Positions 18,101 to 24,716 of a stretch of DNA of 36,228 nucleotides are shown in pieces. Location of the stretch: IMG/VR virus record IMGVR_UViG_3300006052_000019, positions 1-36,228 of that record, one strand, 5' to 3'. The stretch comes from a virus (lineage: Duplodnaviria > Caudoviricetes). The translations under genes and the position numbers were made by a program. The notes beneath the pieces were generated by a model. The model was not told where the DNA came from, searched no databases, and saw nothing but the letters and a program-made list of their open reading frames with translations. The first letter of the stretch is position 1. Each line of letters begins with the position of its first letter.

Positions 18101-18458
18101 CTTCGCGTATACCGCGCTGGACCATGTCTTCGTTGCCAACCAAGTTTCCGACCGCCGCATGGATACCGCCGGCCAGGGAACCAGACTTGGTCAATGTCCC
18201 GTAGGTGCGCTTAAACGATTCGTAGATGTAACCAAGGTCAGCGCCGATCCCGCCCTCTGGCCGTGGCGCATCTTCCTGGTCACGCGCCACGCCGGTAACC
18301 CCGCTGGGCGGGATAACAGCATCTGGCTCCGGCTGCGGCTTGAGCCAGTCCTGGGATACCGGGTGTCCGTTGGCCTGCAACTTGGCGAACAGGTCCGCCT
18401 TGGACATGCCATCGGGCACGCCTTGAACCGTAGTACCGTCTGGCAGTTGAACGTCCAT
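9132..18458 (-). CDS. 3108-aa large polyvalent / internal virion (ejection) protein
   Basis: Last of the internal-virion genes. ParB-like about 16260-16500 (PITV...VVDGN), RelA/SpoT-like about 15590-16100 (KDLLRG, GYRD, EVQIHT), zincin HEVGEH 14991-15008, DUF7178-like about 13440-14350 (WY, AALSP, KVRNF, TADTH), two ART-like domains about 11700-13160 (FK.WFG.S...YH/YR...VF...Q.KSA.GN), LPD38-like C-terminus. Confidence 0.85.
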   Translation of the reverse strand: MDVQLPDGTTVQGVPDGMSKADLFAKLQANGHPVSQDWLKPQPEPDAVIPPSGVTGVARDQEDAPRPEGGIGADLGYIYESFKRTYGTLTKSGSLAGGIHAAVGNLVGNEDMVQRGIREVKQAQLEAEVTHPEMGHGIGEKAFDAAAGVAVSAPAVAASVITGSVIPAAAAFGLQAGGEEVANVSARGGSRAEALGAGIGVGAVNAAAGAIPVGRFIERLGGANSLRKFVADAAVNSGLGAASSVVSSAIDAAVANPDMTFEQWAKTLPQQIQDAVIGGVVQTAAFGAAHKAASIVGGRATPEDQARQIQELLNGQTPTPAPQTLEGRQEAPEGVTTVEKLRAVAPEPGGIGIEPGAPTGPGKGALSDQEQSRLADLTRKAEGTRITIADQQAREAGRKDATVEVGEHAQFLTDAERNEWKNLRDRAAQSAAPESSPTGEVEPPSSVPNSGAATEQKGKTSKDLIEEARDRTSLELHGLGPEHGLDLTEVREALHKDPDAVQAAAEQHPEHGPGFMAEIRKINEPDTATDRQREPGAGGASDESRPAGEVQEPAVRRAAEETQPVEAGRDAVRDQQGGGTTDGGEHPQAGPEVQQSGSDRGGAAGADQGRPVDEYEPQREGETTKEYLKRVVDKKERPTELPEDHGAYFNLTPDTHTVSLDDLLSTKTESENKQGLENAPKRMEAAARGAVPRRDPITVRRRADGKFDVVDGNGTVTTAREFGWKKLPVRIEGEEGAPAKDANTHFTGVSLDRIIPKPIMDRVRKFLEQPKPEGPKPTPEQFVEGRKRIAPMIESAKRNLADYSDKLRAAASAVGGDAVIAKIKEEGRTIQKLWSDYKGDETGLKDLLRGSIVIHSSAEVPKAIEAIKAAFGKDAVVKLKDRFAKPTEEGYRDVLINVQMPDGHIAEVQIHTPETIASKDIGHHLYELRRDLDPKKDGDRIKELTAAQSDLYGAAKDAENQRLTDESTRAANSAGGTLSPKELTRAGGNGSLEPPQKFQQEPSGNRTAGTPSTSKKTEPGGTEASTSAPFIASPSEPIVASKPASDKAGKGQTSPKKSREKVDQLLAPVEERQRVGAHEDEIDRVFGDGTAKKLQDRGIVRIIPSDQSALGDKLDPRAQAMYIAARNGEPAHVEIYTDRADPHTSPSLMMHEVGEHYGLSRMLGFDKYAQLLKDLKDRAQTDPEIKKVWDTVKKNYTFPAGHEKSGQLMMAEGGQAFMREVAAHLVETGYDRGPIGKMMDGAKAFLYKNFGIGKVDAGVLRGLTRSALRSAANGSMKAVQPMGNAARMGSDEGPDWVGARNPTALYKGRLKTVAHEQEKPLLSDWETHQTEPDKVEQNVGVMSKYSNFKGLDGTPMSKAEQMINHMKDNLLWLHDQFSDQIRGRAKKWYDGANNISNRFAKRFDITTRQSAGMLAALSPKTRWDVNVSQMERIATALKKHMDRPWTPEMDANARAFVERSTNPKGRAFNQSLYDSVKGKTLRELEGNDLGQAMWIKSFDEEHNDRRFRLVTPEGGFADFAKTPKGGEEAVTAWGAGLKPMAKAISIFHDGSRSNISAQLGEMHKVRNFYHNIVDPNSPHGFLTADTHAMAAALLRPLGQSDLEVAHLFGSGQPGEPGPARSAATGIRGVYPLVQEAYRRAAVERQLLPREMQSISWEAVRGMYEAASKKGMKSEADRIWNEASAGKISPDQAREQLRALSGGVREPEWRGYGSEIHAGKRDSSYAGELSGDGQRPGREQRPGTVEHGASEPEELGNAARLKEEEKQTDTPAFKRWFGNSVVHGGRRFESVVPPKKPDVEAERKINDERYAKASSSDDEYGRSFAEKYYGKKAFDSFIQRMQDEYDSFHAAKNEAMKRREPRPMYHATTANDIESFRPGVERDGVAGAIFTAANPHDAIGVSEFKYGKNPEGLNVHKLYVRAENPWDPNNKQHVEALARHLEKNDPGIDKLPPYRDDDGQQMKSSLRDRLSMGDWQTIERPEAQKYIRGNHDGFYEREHNASDETLAVFDPKQLKSATGNKGTWDPEDGRISYSLKAPDTDEFKNWFGDSKAKDDEGNPIRVYRGEHGETDQEIQSRRGSISFGDKEAANAYAQTPNDLKLDGTAEHSRVIPAYLRIEKPWINDKTGDPFVDISHIAKTLGPEEAKRVALEHADIIQGTDNWQENFSGKYDSVADMVKRNPGEINKLYMDAYHLLDDKDFVKKLKDAGFDGAIHGGNGETAGGTEYKVFDKSQIKSAIGNSGAFDKNNPSILYSIPGQQQAPELAKKPGIFKRLWESNVGKQVRDWSEGIVQDYLSKVSPMVRGSERSMAMVKDFANHMREASWNYQRFHEILTKDFTPEQLKRMWEAGDEENDMRRTGAAEDPTKGLASLPKDQQDVMNFLTAHGEALMQRAKAAGMYEGSGVDYWVPRVAALIGEDGEVGHLTEFGNRGTGPGGLTTKSSNLTGRKHLTTAEAEEALKAKFGTGAGFIKDIRTMPIAMARLEKAIAGRELVNRIQELSQDLAMDPREFVTFDHPALKSYRAEEDEKGKLNWTVRQRMIPKEFEGPLKAVLTQPSGKIYKALLAMKNGATTAIMWSPFIHLGVEVGRAFPVMGLKMLPGTGFWKSGRAMLQDPEKMQKFIRAGYVPIGRQGMYEDITSIGREPDLEKGRGLLAKGIGGAVGLVNKGAGEAIKGGIDRAGDFVHGTLLWDRVAELQAGIANEIYNRMMKDGHSDRASALVAAHIANRYAGALPPESISAMGRKVANVMMFSRSFTLGNLGAMKDAISGLPRDIKSQLRQELNQEEAGKAISFAAHKARAGVAVDIALMYGLNAMLQVGIGAIRDNKDKDRAWYDTQGLGDQWEKYTNLLHESTQQVFDHPIHTVLNPLSWPDTIKSFLPQGENEEGKRDRFLMGHDEDGTAVYGRTPFGKIGEEMEGWLTKPGTMLKNKMSTLAKPVTEAFANQDNFGRRIYRPDDDLATAGAKIAKHFIQAQLPMREIEALHNMLTGNGKTLDASTIAGPLIPPPLTVTTSKGYPGGEAMGAMHSDQTSHQMDVQEARPDIIKAIKQGDTEKAEKLMDENNIYGKERQMMYRAANTVGLSKSQQKKFWRGATEAERSHLQSVQERSQY
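13178..13441 (-). CDS. nested +1-frame small protein within the polyvalent gene
   Basis: GAAGGGG SD before GTG 13441 (alternative ATG 13420 with AGGA). Protein-like core DTVQKYMRENGIPLTPENYLAM...DPELSSMVPANL; the main frame here is a low-complexity linker. Confidence 0.6.
   Translation of the reverse strand: MKRTGSGMKQARGRSAQIRPANNSEPSQAASANRSGEDTVQKYMRENGIPLTPENYLAMGNDQDESKDPELSSMVPANLKNWGTQPD
15319..15361 (+). promoter_or_regulatory. antisense sigma70 promoter and RBS inside the polyvalent gene
   Basis: TTGTCA (15319-24), N17, TACTAT (15342-47) with extended -10 TG (15339-40); AAGGAG at 15356-61; ATG 15367. Confidence 0.75.
15367..15579 (+). CDS. nested antisense 70-aa protein, candidate antidote to the RelA/SpoT-like domain
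   Basis: Own promoter and SD. Globular-looking MNGAEVLASVPPGSVFFDVDGVPAVRFPDGSCWNFWGGSKDPFPPARVSSFGDKVPPAEFAALVDSSVKR. Lies in the Ser/Thr/Gly/Pro linker that begins where the RelA/SpoT-like domain ends. Confidence 0.72.
   Translation: MNGAEVLASVPPGSVFFDVDGVPAVRFPDGSCWNFWGGSKDPFPPARVSSFGDKVPPAEFAALVDSSVKR
16622..16891 (-). CDS. nested +1-frame 89-aa ORF within the polyvalent gene
   Basis: TAAGGA-AAATCA-ATG; the ORF coincides with an R/G/E/Q/D-rich linker of the main frame just before ParB. Confidence 0.5.
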   Translation of the reverse strand: MNPIPQPIGSASLVQAAQAMSHDQLARFKNQQYVEQLKKPSPWKQGGTPYGINKAVAPPTAASILKPDQRFSNPGLTAAERPEPTKEDL

Positions 18459-18460
18459 GG

Positions 18461-20458
18461 CTATTTCAGGTCAGTGAACTTCACGACCTTGGGAGAGGTT
18501 GCCGCGGCCGTCGCTCCAGGGTCCGGCGCTGCGGTTGTGCTGTTGACCCGCGTGGCGCCGGTGCCACCGGCCGGAGCATCGGTCACGCTACCCTGGACGC
18601 CGGCCGCAAAGGATCCGGGCGCCGAGCCACCGCCGCCACCATTGAAGATCCCGCCGCCGCCCGGCACCGGAGCCGGAGCAGCTGCCGGACCAATGCCACC
18701 GCCAGGGGTATGCAATTGATTCAGCCTATCGATGTAGGCCTTGTCTCTAATGCCGGTGGCTTTCGATTCTTCATCGGCGTCAAGTGGAATCCACTGTTTG
18801 CCGTCTGGGCTTTTCTTGAAAAAACCTTTGAGGCCAGTCTTTGGATCCGTGCGCTCCCAAAATCCAGCACCATTCATTGCGACATCAGCATCCGCCTTGG
18901 CGCGCACGGGCGCGTTGGCGGTGTCCAACTTCAATCCGCCCTCTGCTTTGTCGGCTTCCTTGCGCGCAAATTCGGCCGCGCGCTCGCCACCCTTTGCCCA
19001 AGCCAGATATTCGCCGGCGCTCTTGAACGGCTTGCCGGTGGTTGGGTTAACCGTTTTGTCGGCCACCACCTGGTTGGCCTCGGCAATCGAAGCTATCGGT
19101 TTGCTGGCCTCAGGACCGCCAAGGTCGATGCCGGCGGTCTTTGCATCAATGTCTTGCTGGGTAATGACGGAGCCGTCAGCGCGTTTGGTTCCGACCAATC
19201 GCTTGCGCGCCTCTATCGCGTCTTGCTCTGCAGTGGTCTTTTGCGCCGCCGGCAACCACGGTGCGATCTGCGAAAACGGCGTGACGTTCGATGGCACCGT
19301 CGTGGTCTGCCCGGTCTGCCTGCCGTTAAGGTCTGTCGCTGGGATGCGCAGCGTACCGTCGTCCTGTTTGATCGGCGGCCCGCACAGCTGCTGCGGGTTG
19401 AACCCAGCACCGGTGGCGGCGTGCGCGTAGTCGAGGGAGTCTTGCGGAGGGTTCGCGCATGAACGCTTCAGGCTCTCTTGCAACTGCGGGCTATTGGCGA
19501 GCATGGTGGAGATAGCGTTGAGCCGTCCCGTGCGATCCATGATGCTCTGCGGGGTCCAGATCGACAGGCCGCTATCCGGATCGTGGGGATCCGTAGCGGG
19601 CGGCGCGGCCGGCGTCGTGCTGGTCGAGCCGTTGTAGCCCTGCGCATCTGTCTGGATGACCGGATGAAATCCGGTGCCGTCTAGCGAAGGCACCAATCCG
19701 TTCAACGAACGCGCGGTGACGGCGTGTCCAGCAGCATCGACAGAGTTCAGGTGCGTATTGATGAGATCACCGTACAGCGTCTGCGTGGCCGCAGTAAGCT
19801 TGCTCGGATCCTGCGTCGATGCGTAGTCACCGAACGCATCGTGCATGGCGTCCAGGTTTTGCTGCAGCGGCGACTTCGTTTGACCATCAGCGACAAGGGC
19901 GCGCTGTGGGTCGACGGCACAACCGGTAAACAACTTGTGCATGTTGCCGTCCTGCGATGGGTCATGCACATCGACATTGCCGGTGCCCAGCTGCGTGACG
20001 AAATCCTTGTTGGCGTTGTTTCCCGCCACCACAAGCGGGGCCATGACGCCCTTGGCGTATGCTCCTCGAGCCGCATTGATCTGATTCTTGATCGGCTCGA
20101 AATTGGTCTTGTAATCGTCCGTCTGCGAATAGGCAGCAAACCCGCCTGGGTAGTGGGCCTCTGCGGCAGCACTGACCTTCTCAAGTTCCTTTTGCTGCTC
20201 CTGGGCCCAGTTCAGGACGTCGTTCCAGTGCTGCCGGTCTTCCTCGTTTTGAACATGGCGCTGCGTAAAATCGATCTGGGCTTGGTGCATCTGGTCAAGC
20301 CTGTCCTCGCGCGCTCGCTCGTAGTTGTGCTGTTCGCGCGCGTCCTGCATCGCTTGCGCATGCTCGATAAATCCAGCACCCGCCTGGATCCCGGACAGGA
20401 TCGAAGAGCCTGGGCTCTGGTAGGGCATGTTCCCGAAGCCGCCGCCCATCCCGTACAT
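18461..20458 (-). CDS. internal virion (ejection) protein
   Basis: SSILSGIQAG N-terminus followed by a coiled coil; position before the giant gene. Confidence 0.7.
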   Translation of the reverse strand: MYGMGGGFGNMPYQSPGSSILSGIQAGAGFIEHAQAMQDAREQHNYERAREDRLDQMHQAQIDFTQRHVQNEEDRQHWNDVLNWAQEQQKELEKVSAAAEAHYPGGFAAYSQTDDYKTNFEPIKNQINAARGAYAKGVMAPLVVAGNNANKDFVTQLGTGNVDVHDPSQDGNMHKLFTGCAVDPQRALVADGQTKSPLQQNLDAMHDAFGDYASTQDPSKLTAATQTLYGDLINTHLNSVDAAGHAVTARSLNGLVPSLDGTGFHPVIQTDAQGYNGSTSTTPAAPPATDPHDPDSGLSIWTPQSIMDRTGRLNAISTMLANSPQLQESLKRSCANPPQDSLDYAHAATGAGFNPQQLCGPPIKQDDGTLRIPATDLNGRQTGQTTTVPSNVTPFSQIAPWLPAAQKTTAEQDAIEARKRLVGTKRADGSVITQQDIDAKTAGIDLGGPEASKPIASIAEANQVVADKTVNPTTGKPFKSAGEYLAWAKGGERAAEFARKEADKAEGGLKLDTANAPVRAKADADVAMNGAGFWERTDPKTGLKGFFKKSPDGKQWIPLDADEESKATGIRDKAYIDRLNQLHTPGGGIGPAAAPAPVPGGGGIFNGGGGGSAPGSFAAGVQGSVTDAPAGGTGATRVNSTTAAPDPGATAAATSPKVVKFTDLK

Positions 20459-20736
20459 TAGAGTGAACTCCCGATCATGCCGCCGGCCATGCCACCCAAG
20501 GCGGCACCCACCGGCCCACCAAACGCCATGCCTGCAGCTGATCCAACTGCGCCAAGCACCTGGCTGATGCCGGCCTTGTTGCCCGCTTGGACGTGAGAGT
20601 TGTACATCGTGCGCTCGCTCTCGGACTGGGCTGCCGCAGCACCCATCTGATTGACGCGTTGAATCTGCGCTCCGCCCTCTTCGAGCAAGCCGCCACCGCG
20701 CGCCAGGTCAGACTGAGATAGGTCGATTCCTGCCAT
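20458..20736 (-). CDS. small Gly-zipper internal virion protein
   Basis: GGPVGAALGGMAGGMIG glycine zipper. Confidence 0.65.
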   Translation of the reverse strand: MAGIDLSQSDLARGGGLLEEGGAQIQRVNQMGAAAAQSESERTMYNSHVQAGNKAGISQVLGAVGSAAGMAFGGPVGAALGGMAGGMIGSSL

Positions 20737-21113
20737 CAGAGTGCTCCCGTTATGCCTGTTGCCTGGCTGCCCATGACGCCCATTTGATTGGCGACCGTGA
20801 CGTCCTTTGCTTTGTTCTGCGCTTGCACGTTGGCCAGCGAATTGCTCAGGCCTCGCTGTTTGTCGACCGCCGCCTTTTCCTCAGGCGTCAATGACGTCTC
20901 CATCTGAGCGAGGTTGTTGGCCTGTATTCCTGTGGCCTGGGAGTTGGCCTGCTCTTGCGTCGCGAGTGCCTGCGACGTTGCCTGCGTCACCTGGTTCGGA
21001 TCCATCGCATACTGGATCAACTGATTCTCGTAAGGCACAAAATGCTGAAGATAGGTGCTCCACTCCTGCTGACTCACCGCACCAATTTGCGTGGCTACTG
21101 ATCCGATGCCCAT
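20736..21113 (-). CDS. internal virion protein (Gln/Ala-rich)
   Basis: W..YLQHFVPYENQL motif, similar in pattern to the upstream gene; start MGIGSV 1 nt after the upstream stop. Confidence 0.65.
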   Translation of the reverse strand: MGIGSVATQIGAVSQQEWSTYLQHFVPYENQLIQYAMDPNQVTQATSQALATQEQANSQATGIQANNLAQMETSLTPEEKAAVDKQRGLSNSLANVQAQNKAKDVTVANQMGVMGSQATGITGAL

Positions 21114-21114
21114 G

Positions 21115-21804
21115 TCATACCCCTGGAAGGTTCTCGACGCTGCCGGCGCCGAAAGAAGTGCCGCCACCCTGCGCCATGTTCTGCTGTATCTGCAGGCCGT
21201 ATCCGCCGCCCAGGTCTGTCATCGGGCCGCCACCAGGGGACGGACTCATGGCCGATGCGCCCAGCGCGCCGATGCCAAAGCCAACCGCTTGCATGGCTCC
21301 GGAGTTCGCTGAATTTTGCACCTGGGCGTTGTTGATGGCCTCATGGCTTGTTATTTGGGCGGCCATGTCCATGCCTTGCGTGGCCCCTGCCGCGAGCTTG
21401 CCGCCCTGCGCCGTCAGAGACTGGAGCCCCTTTAGATAGGCAGAGGTTATCTGCTGGTTGCCGCTCTCAATTGAGATGCCCTTGCTCTCGGCCTCGGCGG
21501 TGGCCGCGCCGGCCACGCCAAGCTTGAACCTTGACGAGCCAGCGTTGACGCCACTGGAAAGCGATGCGCTTCTCTGGGCCATGTCCTGCGCAAAGGCCAT
21601 CGCCGTGTCGGCATTGCCCTTGCCTTCAGCCTCAGCGCGCTGCCAGGAATCCTTGCCGGGCGCCATACTTGAGACGACGTCGCCCAGGTGGTCGGCTATA
21701 GGAAGCCAACGCTTTTGGTAATCCTGAAATTGCTGGGTGAACGTGCTTGCCAGCACCTGCTCTTGAGGTGTTGGTCCGACTTCACCGCCGCCGAAGAGTC
21801 CCAT
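21115..21804 (-). CDS. internal virion protein (Ala/Gly/Gln-rich)
   Basis: MGLFGGG N-terminus, SGVNAGSSRF motif, C-terminal Gly-rich hydrophobic segment. Confidence 0.7.
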   Translation of the reverse strand: MGLFGGGEVGPTPQEQVLASTFTQQFQDYQKRWLPIADHLGDVVSSMAPGKDSWQRAEAEGKGNADTAMAFAQDMAQRSASLSSGVNAGSSRFKLGVAGAATAEAESKGISIESGNQQITSAYLKGLQSLTAQGGKLAAGATQGMDMAAQITSHEAINNAQVQNSANSGAMQAVGFGIGALGASAMSPSPGGGPMTDLGGGYGLQIQQNMAQGGGTSFGAGSVENLPGV

Positions 21805-21823
21805 TTAAGCCGGCACCATTTTT

Positions 21824-21850
21824 GAAACGAAAGATAGCCAACCGGCTATC
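21824..21850 (-). terminator. possible terminator
   Basis: GATAGCC-GGTT-GGCTATC followed by TTTCGTTTC in a 115-bp intergenic gap. Confidence 0.45.
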
Positions 21851-21919
21851 CAACGCTGTTCGCGCCGGACGCAACCGAACCTTGCTAATGATAATCCCAG
21901 GGGCACCACAATGTCACCA

Positions 21920-22723
21920 TCAACCGCCAGGCGTCTGGTTGTTCGTTGTATCTGCAGGCATGGTCTGCCAGGTCGAAAGAGAATCAACCTCTGCCTCAGC
22001 CTCCCAGTCCCATTCGTCCTGCAAGGGAGCAGGCGGAAGCACAACGATCGATTGGTTGATCGTGACTTCGATGCGGTTGGCGGCGACATTGTCGGTGGCC
22101 GTCCAAGACACGCCGGACCCGTTAACGAAATTGATCTGTCGGCGCCAGCCCACCGTAGCCCCATTGAGCATGACCGTGATCAGCTGCTGGTCAGGCTGCA
22201 CCTCAACCGCGGTAGCACTCAGGGCGACCCCCACCTGCAGGGCAGGGTAACCGTTCACTGGTGTCTGGGTGAGCGCGCCGGCCGGGCCGCAGAATACCGG
22301 GTACGAAGGGGCGAACGATGAGCCTGGGACATTTGCCACCTGGCCCTGGGTGGCCACCGTCACCGCGGCGCCAGCAGCAACGCTGCTCTGAGCTATCCCA
22401 ATGATCGCGTACGACTGGGACAAGATGGTTGGGTCCGCAACGGAAACGTATCCGCTCGATGACTCGTAGACCGCCTGGCCAGACGTGATGGCCACGCCTG
22501 CCTTGTAACTGGTGGTGCTCGATGTGCTTGACGACGAACCAGACGATATGCTTGAGACCGACGTCTGAAGCGCCGTGATCGAGGCTTGCGATGTTTTTGT
22601 CGCGGTAGACACGGCCGCCTCCAAAGCGGTCAGCCTCTGACGTATCGCGTCTATAGCAGCAAGCACCGCGCGGTCTGCTCCGTGCGGAAGGTTGATGGCG
22701 GGGAATCCTACCTTGCCGCTCAC
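21920..22723 (-). CDS. virion structural / fibre-associated protein with DUF2190-like domain
   Basis: N-terminal coiled coil; AG.AI..GQAVY...IIGIA....AG..V.V...G...VGVALSAT; C-terminal DEWDW motif. Confidence 0.65.
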   Translation of the reverse strand: MSGKVGFPAINLPHGADRAVLAAIDAIRQRLTALEAAVSTATKTSQASITALQTSVSSISSGSSSSTSSTTSYKAGVAITSGQAVYESSSGYVSVADPTILSQSYAIIGIAQSSVAAGAAVTVATQGQVANVPGSSFAPSYPVFCGPAGALTQTPVNGYPALQVGVALSATAVEVQPDQQLITVMLNGATVGWRRQINFVNGSGVSWTATDNVAANRIEVTINQSIVVLPPAPLQDEWDWEAEAEVDSLSTWQTMPADTTNNQTPGG

Positions 22724-23706
22724 ATCAGATCCTCTATGTCCTCGGCGAACTGCACCCGGTTGATCTTGTCAGTCCCTGACAACGAGAATTCAAAATACCT
22801 TACGCAGGCCCCTCCAGGTGGCTGCGGAAGGATAAATTCATTTTGTCCGGTCACCGGTATGTTGCCACCATACTGGGTCCCGTCAGCAAAAAGATTGAGG
22901 GTTGTGCTTGCATAACTGTCGGCCGTCACCCTACAGAACATGTATGCGGTTGGCCACGGAAGATAAAACTGCTTGGACTTCCAACGATACGGAAGTTGAG
23001 CGCCAGAATTAGCGTTGAAAGAAACTATCGACGTGTTGGTGTAAGAGGGGTTTGGAAACGCCGATGTTGGCGGAGTAAATGCGGCCGTGTACTGAGCTAT
23101 AGCACTTAACCGCAACTCGTCGACATAACCAACAAAAGCTGAGCCGGTTGGATTGAACCCGCCGAATTGCAACGTCGCAGTATTGCCCAAAGGGAATATG
23201 GAACCAGGGCTGGATATGGCACCAACAACAGCGCCGTTCAAATAAAAAGTGAAGTTGCCAAGATACCGAACAAGGGCAACGTGAGCCCAGGCGTTCGCTG
23301 GAAGAGAAACCGTAGCGGTATTTTGGTACGAACCGTTGATTGCTATTTGAGCTTGAACTGTCGTTCCACCAGAGTTGCTAAAAAACTGCAGGCCCACTTG
23401 GCTCAGAGCGGATTGCAAAGCTACAACGTAAGGATAGTTTGTGTTGACCGATCCAAAATTTATGGCGTAGACCCAGAACTCTAAAGTGAAATCTCCGGAC
23501 CCGTAATCAAGAGCACCCTGCGGCAAAATGCCGACCATGTAATTGCCTGACACCGGAACAGACAATGATGATCCACCAAACTTAGATTGGGCCGTACTAA
23601 TGCTGCAACCAACATTGGTTGATTGAACAAATAGACCAGCAGAGTCCACGAAAGACGTTGAACCATTGGGCCCGTCAAAATGCATTAGGACGTTTACTAT
23701 TGACAT
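22720..23706 (-). CDS. LamG (ConA-like) domain plus tail-nozzle C-terminal module, copy 2
   Basis: LMHFDG.NGST, GDFTLEFWVY, WAHVALVR, GYVDELRLS; then YRWKSK...FADG...FEF...QFAEDIEDL. Confidence 0.75.
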   Translation of the reverse strand: MSIVNVLMHFDGPNGSTSFVDSAGLFVQSTNVGCSISTAQSKFGGSSLSVPVSGNYMVGILPQGALDYGSGDFTLEFWVYAINFGSVNTNYPYVVALQSALSQVGLQFFSNSGGTTVQAQIAINGSYQNTATVSLPANAWAHVALVRYLGNFTFYLNGAVVGAISSPGSIFPLGNTATLQFGGFNPTGSAFVGYVDELRLSAIAQYTAAFTPPTSAFPNPSYTNTSIVSFNANSGAQLPYRWKSKQFYLPWPTAYMFCRVTADSYASTTLNLFADGTQYGGNIPVTGQNEFILPQPPGGACVRYFEFSLSGTDKINRVQFAEDIEDLM

Positions 23707-23708
23707 GA

Positions 23709-24716
23709 CTACGTCAACTCCTGCACGTCTTCAGCAAACTGGGCTCGCGTAACCTTGTCTGTGCCGACTATCTCAAACTCGAAGTACTTGAAGCACGTCA
23801 CGCTTGGTATGCGGAACTCGTACTGACTGGTTATCGGAACGCTAGCAAACTGCACTCCGTCAGCGAAAAGATTCAAAGTTGTGTTGAGGTAGCTGTCAGC
23901 GGAAACACGAGCAACTTGATAAGCGGTTGGCCATGGCACGAAGAAACGTTTTGACTTCCAACGATACGGAAGTTGGTTTGCTTGATCGTTGTTGAAAGCT
24001 AGTATCACCCCTGTTGGAGCGGTTGGCACATAGAAGAAAGGAGCCGTCGCCGGCGTGTAGTTTGCCGTGTATAGGCCGACTCCCTTGGTTACGCGTAGCT
24101 CGTCGTAGTTGATGTAGTTCTGGGTGAACGTCTGGAAAAAGAAAGCGTTCGATACGTCGTATCCGCTGTAATTAAAATTGTCGGCTGTTGAAACGTCCAG
24201 GACACCATCAATAAAAAGCCTGCTTACGTTCGATGCTCTGGATATTGCGACAGAGTGCCATCCTGATGCAGGAACGATAACTTTGGTGCCGATAAGGTTC
24301 TGCGTAGTTGCCGAGTTCGAAAAGCGCAAGCCACCAGGTGGATTGTTTTGTATATACAGCGATGGCTCGTTGCCAGTTGCTGCGGCGCCAATGTATGCGC
24401 AAGGGTTGAATATCGTATTGCCAGTGGTCGCGCTTCCGCTTGTTATGTTCATCCAAAATTCTATGGTGAAATCAGCGGTGCCAAAATTGAAATCAGTTGT
24501 AGTTCCAAATACCAGACCAGGCGGTCCGTTGTTTACGGGGTTCAATCCTGTGAATGAAGAAACGCCAAATTTTGCTGTCGATGTATCTATGAAGCAAGAC
24601 GTCGTAGGCGCACTTGGTCCTTGATAGAACGTGATTGACCTGGACGGGTTTGCGACGTCCGTGGTCACCGTTGAGCCATTGGCACCATCAAAGTGCATCA
24701 GCAAAACAGTTGTCAT
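23709..24716 (-). CDS. LamG (ConA-like) domain plus tail-nozzle C-terminal module, copy 1
   Basis: LLMHFDGANGST, DFTIEFW, WHSVAISR, DELRVTKG; same YRWKSK...QFAEDVQEL tail. Confidence 0.75.
   Translation of the reverse strand: MTTVLLMHFDGANGSTVTTDVANPSRSITFYQGPSAPTTSCFIDTSTAKFGVSSFTGLNPVNNGPPGLVFGTTTDFNFGTADFTIEFWMNITSGSATTGNTIFNPCAYIGAAATGNEPSLYIQNNPPGGLRFSNSATTQNLIGTKVIVPASGWHSVAISRASNVSRLFIDGVLDVSTADNFNYSGYDVSNAFFFQTFTQNYINYDELRVTKGVGLYTANYTPATAPFFYVPTAPTGVILAFNNDQANQLPYRWKSKRFFVPWPTAYQVARVSADSYLNTTLNLFADGVQFASVPITSQYEFRIPSVTCFKYFEFEIVGTDKVTRAQFAEDVQELT

Noticed and set aside
21805-22164. 119-aa minus-strand ORF bridging tail and internal-virion genes
   Set aside because: Arg-rich, mostly overlaps the 267-aa gene, crosses a terminator-like hairpin, no recognisable motif.
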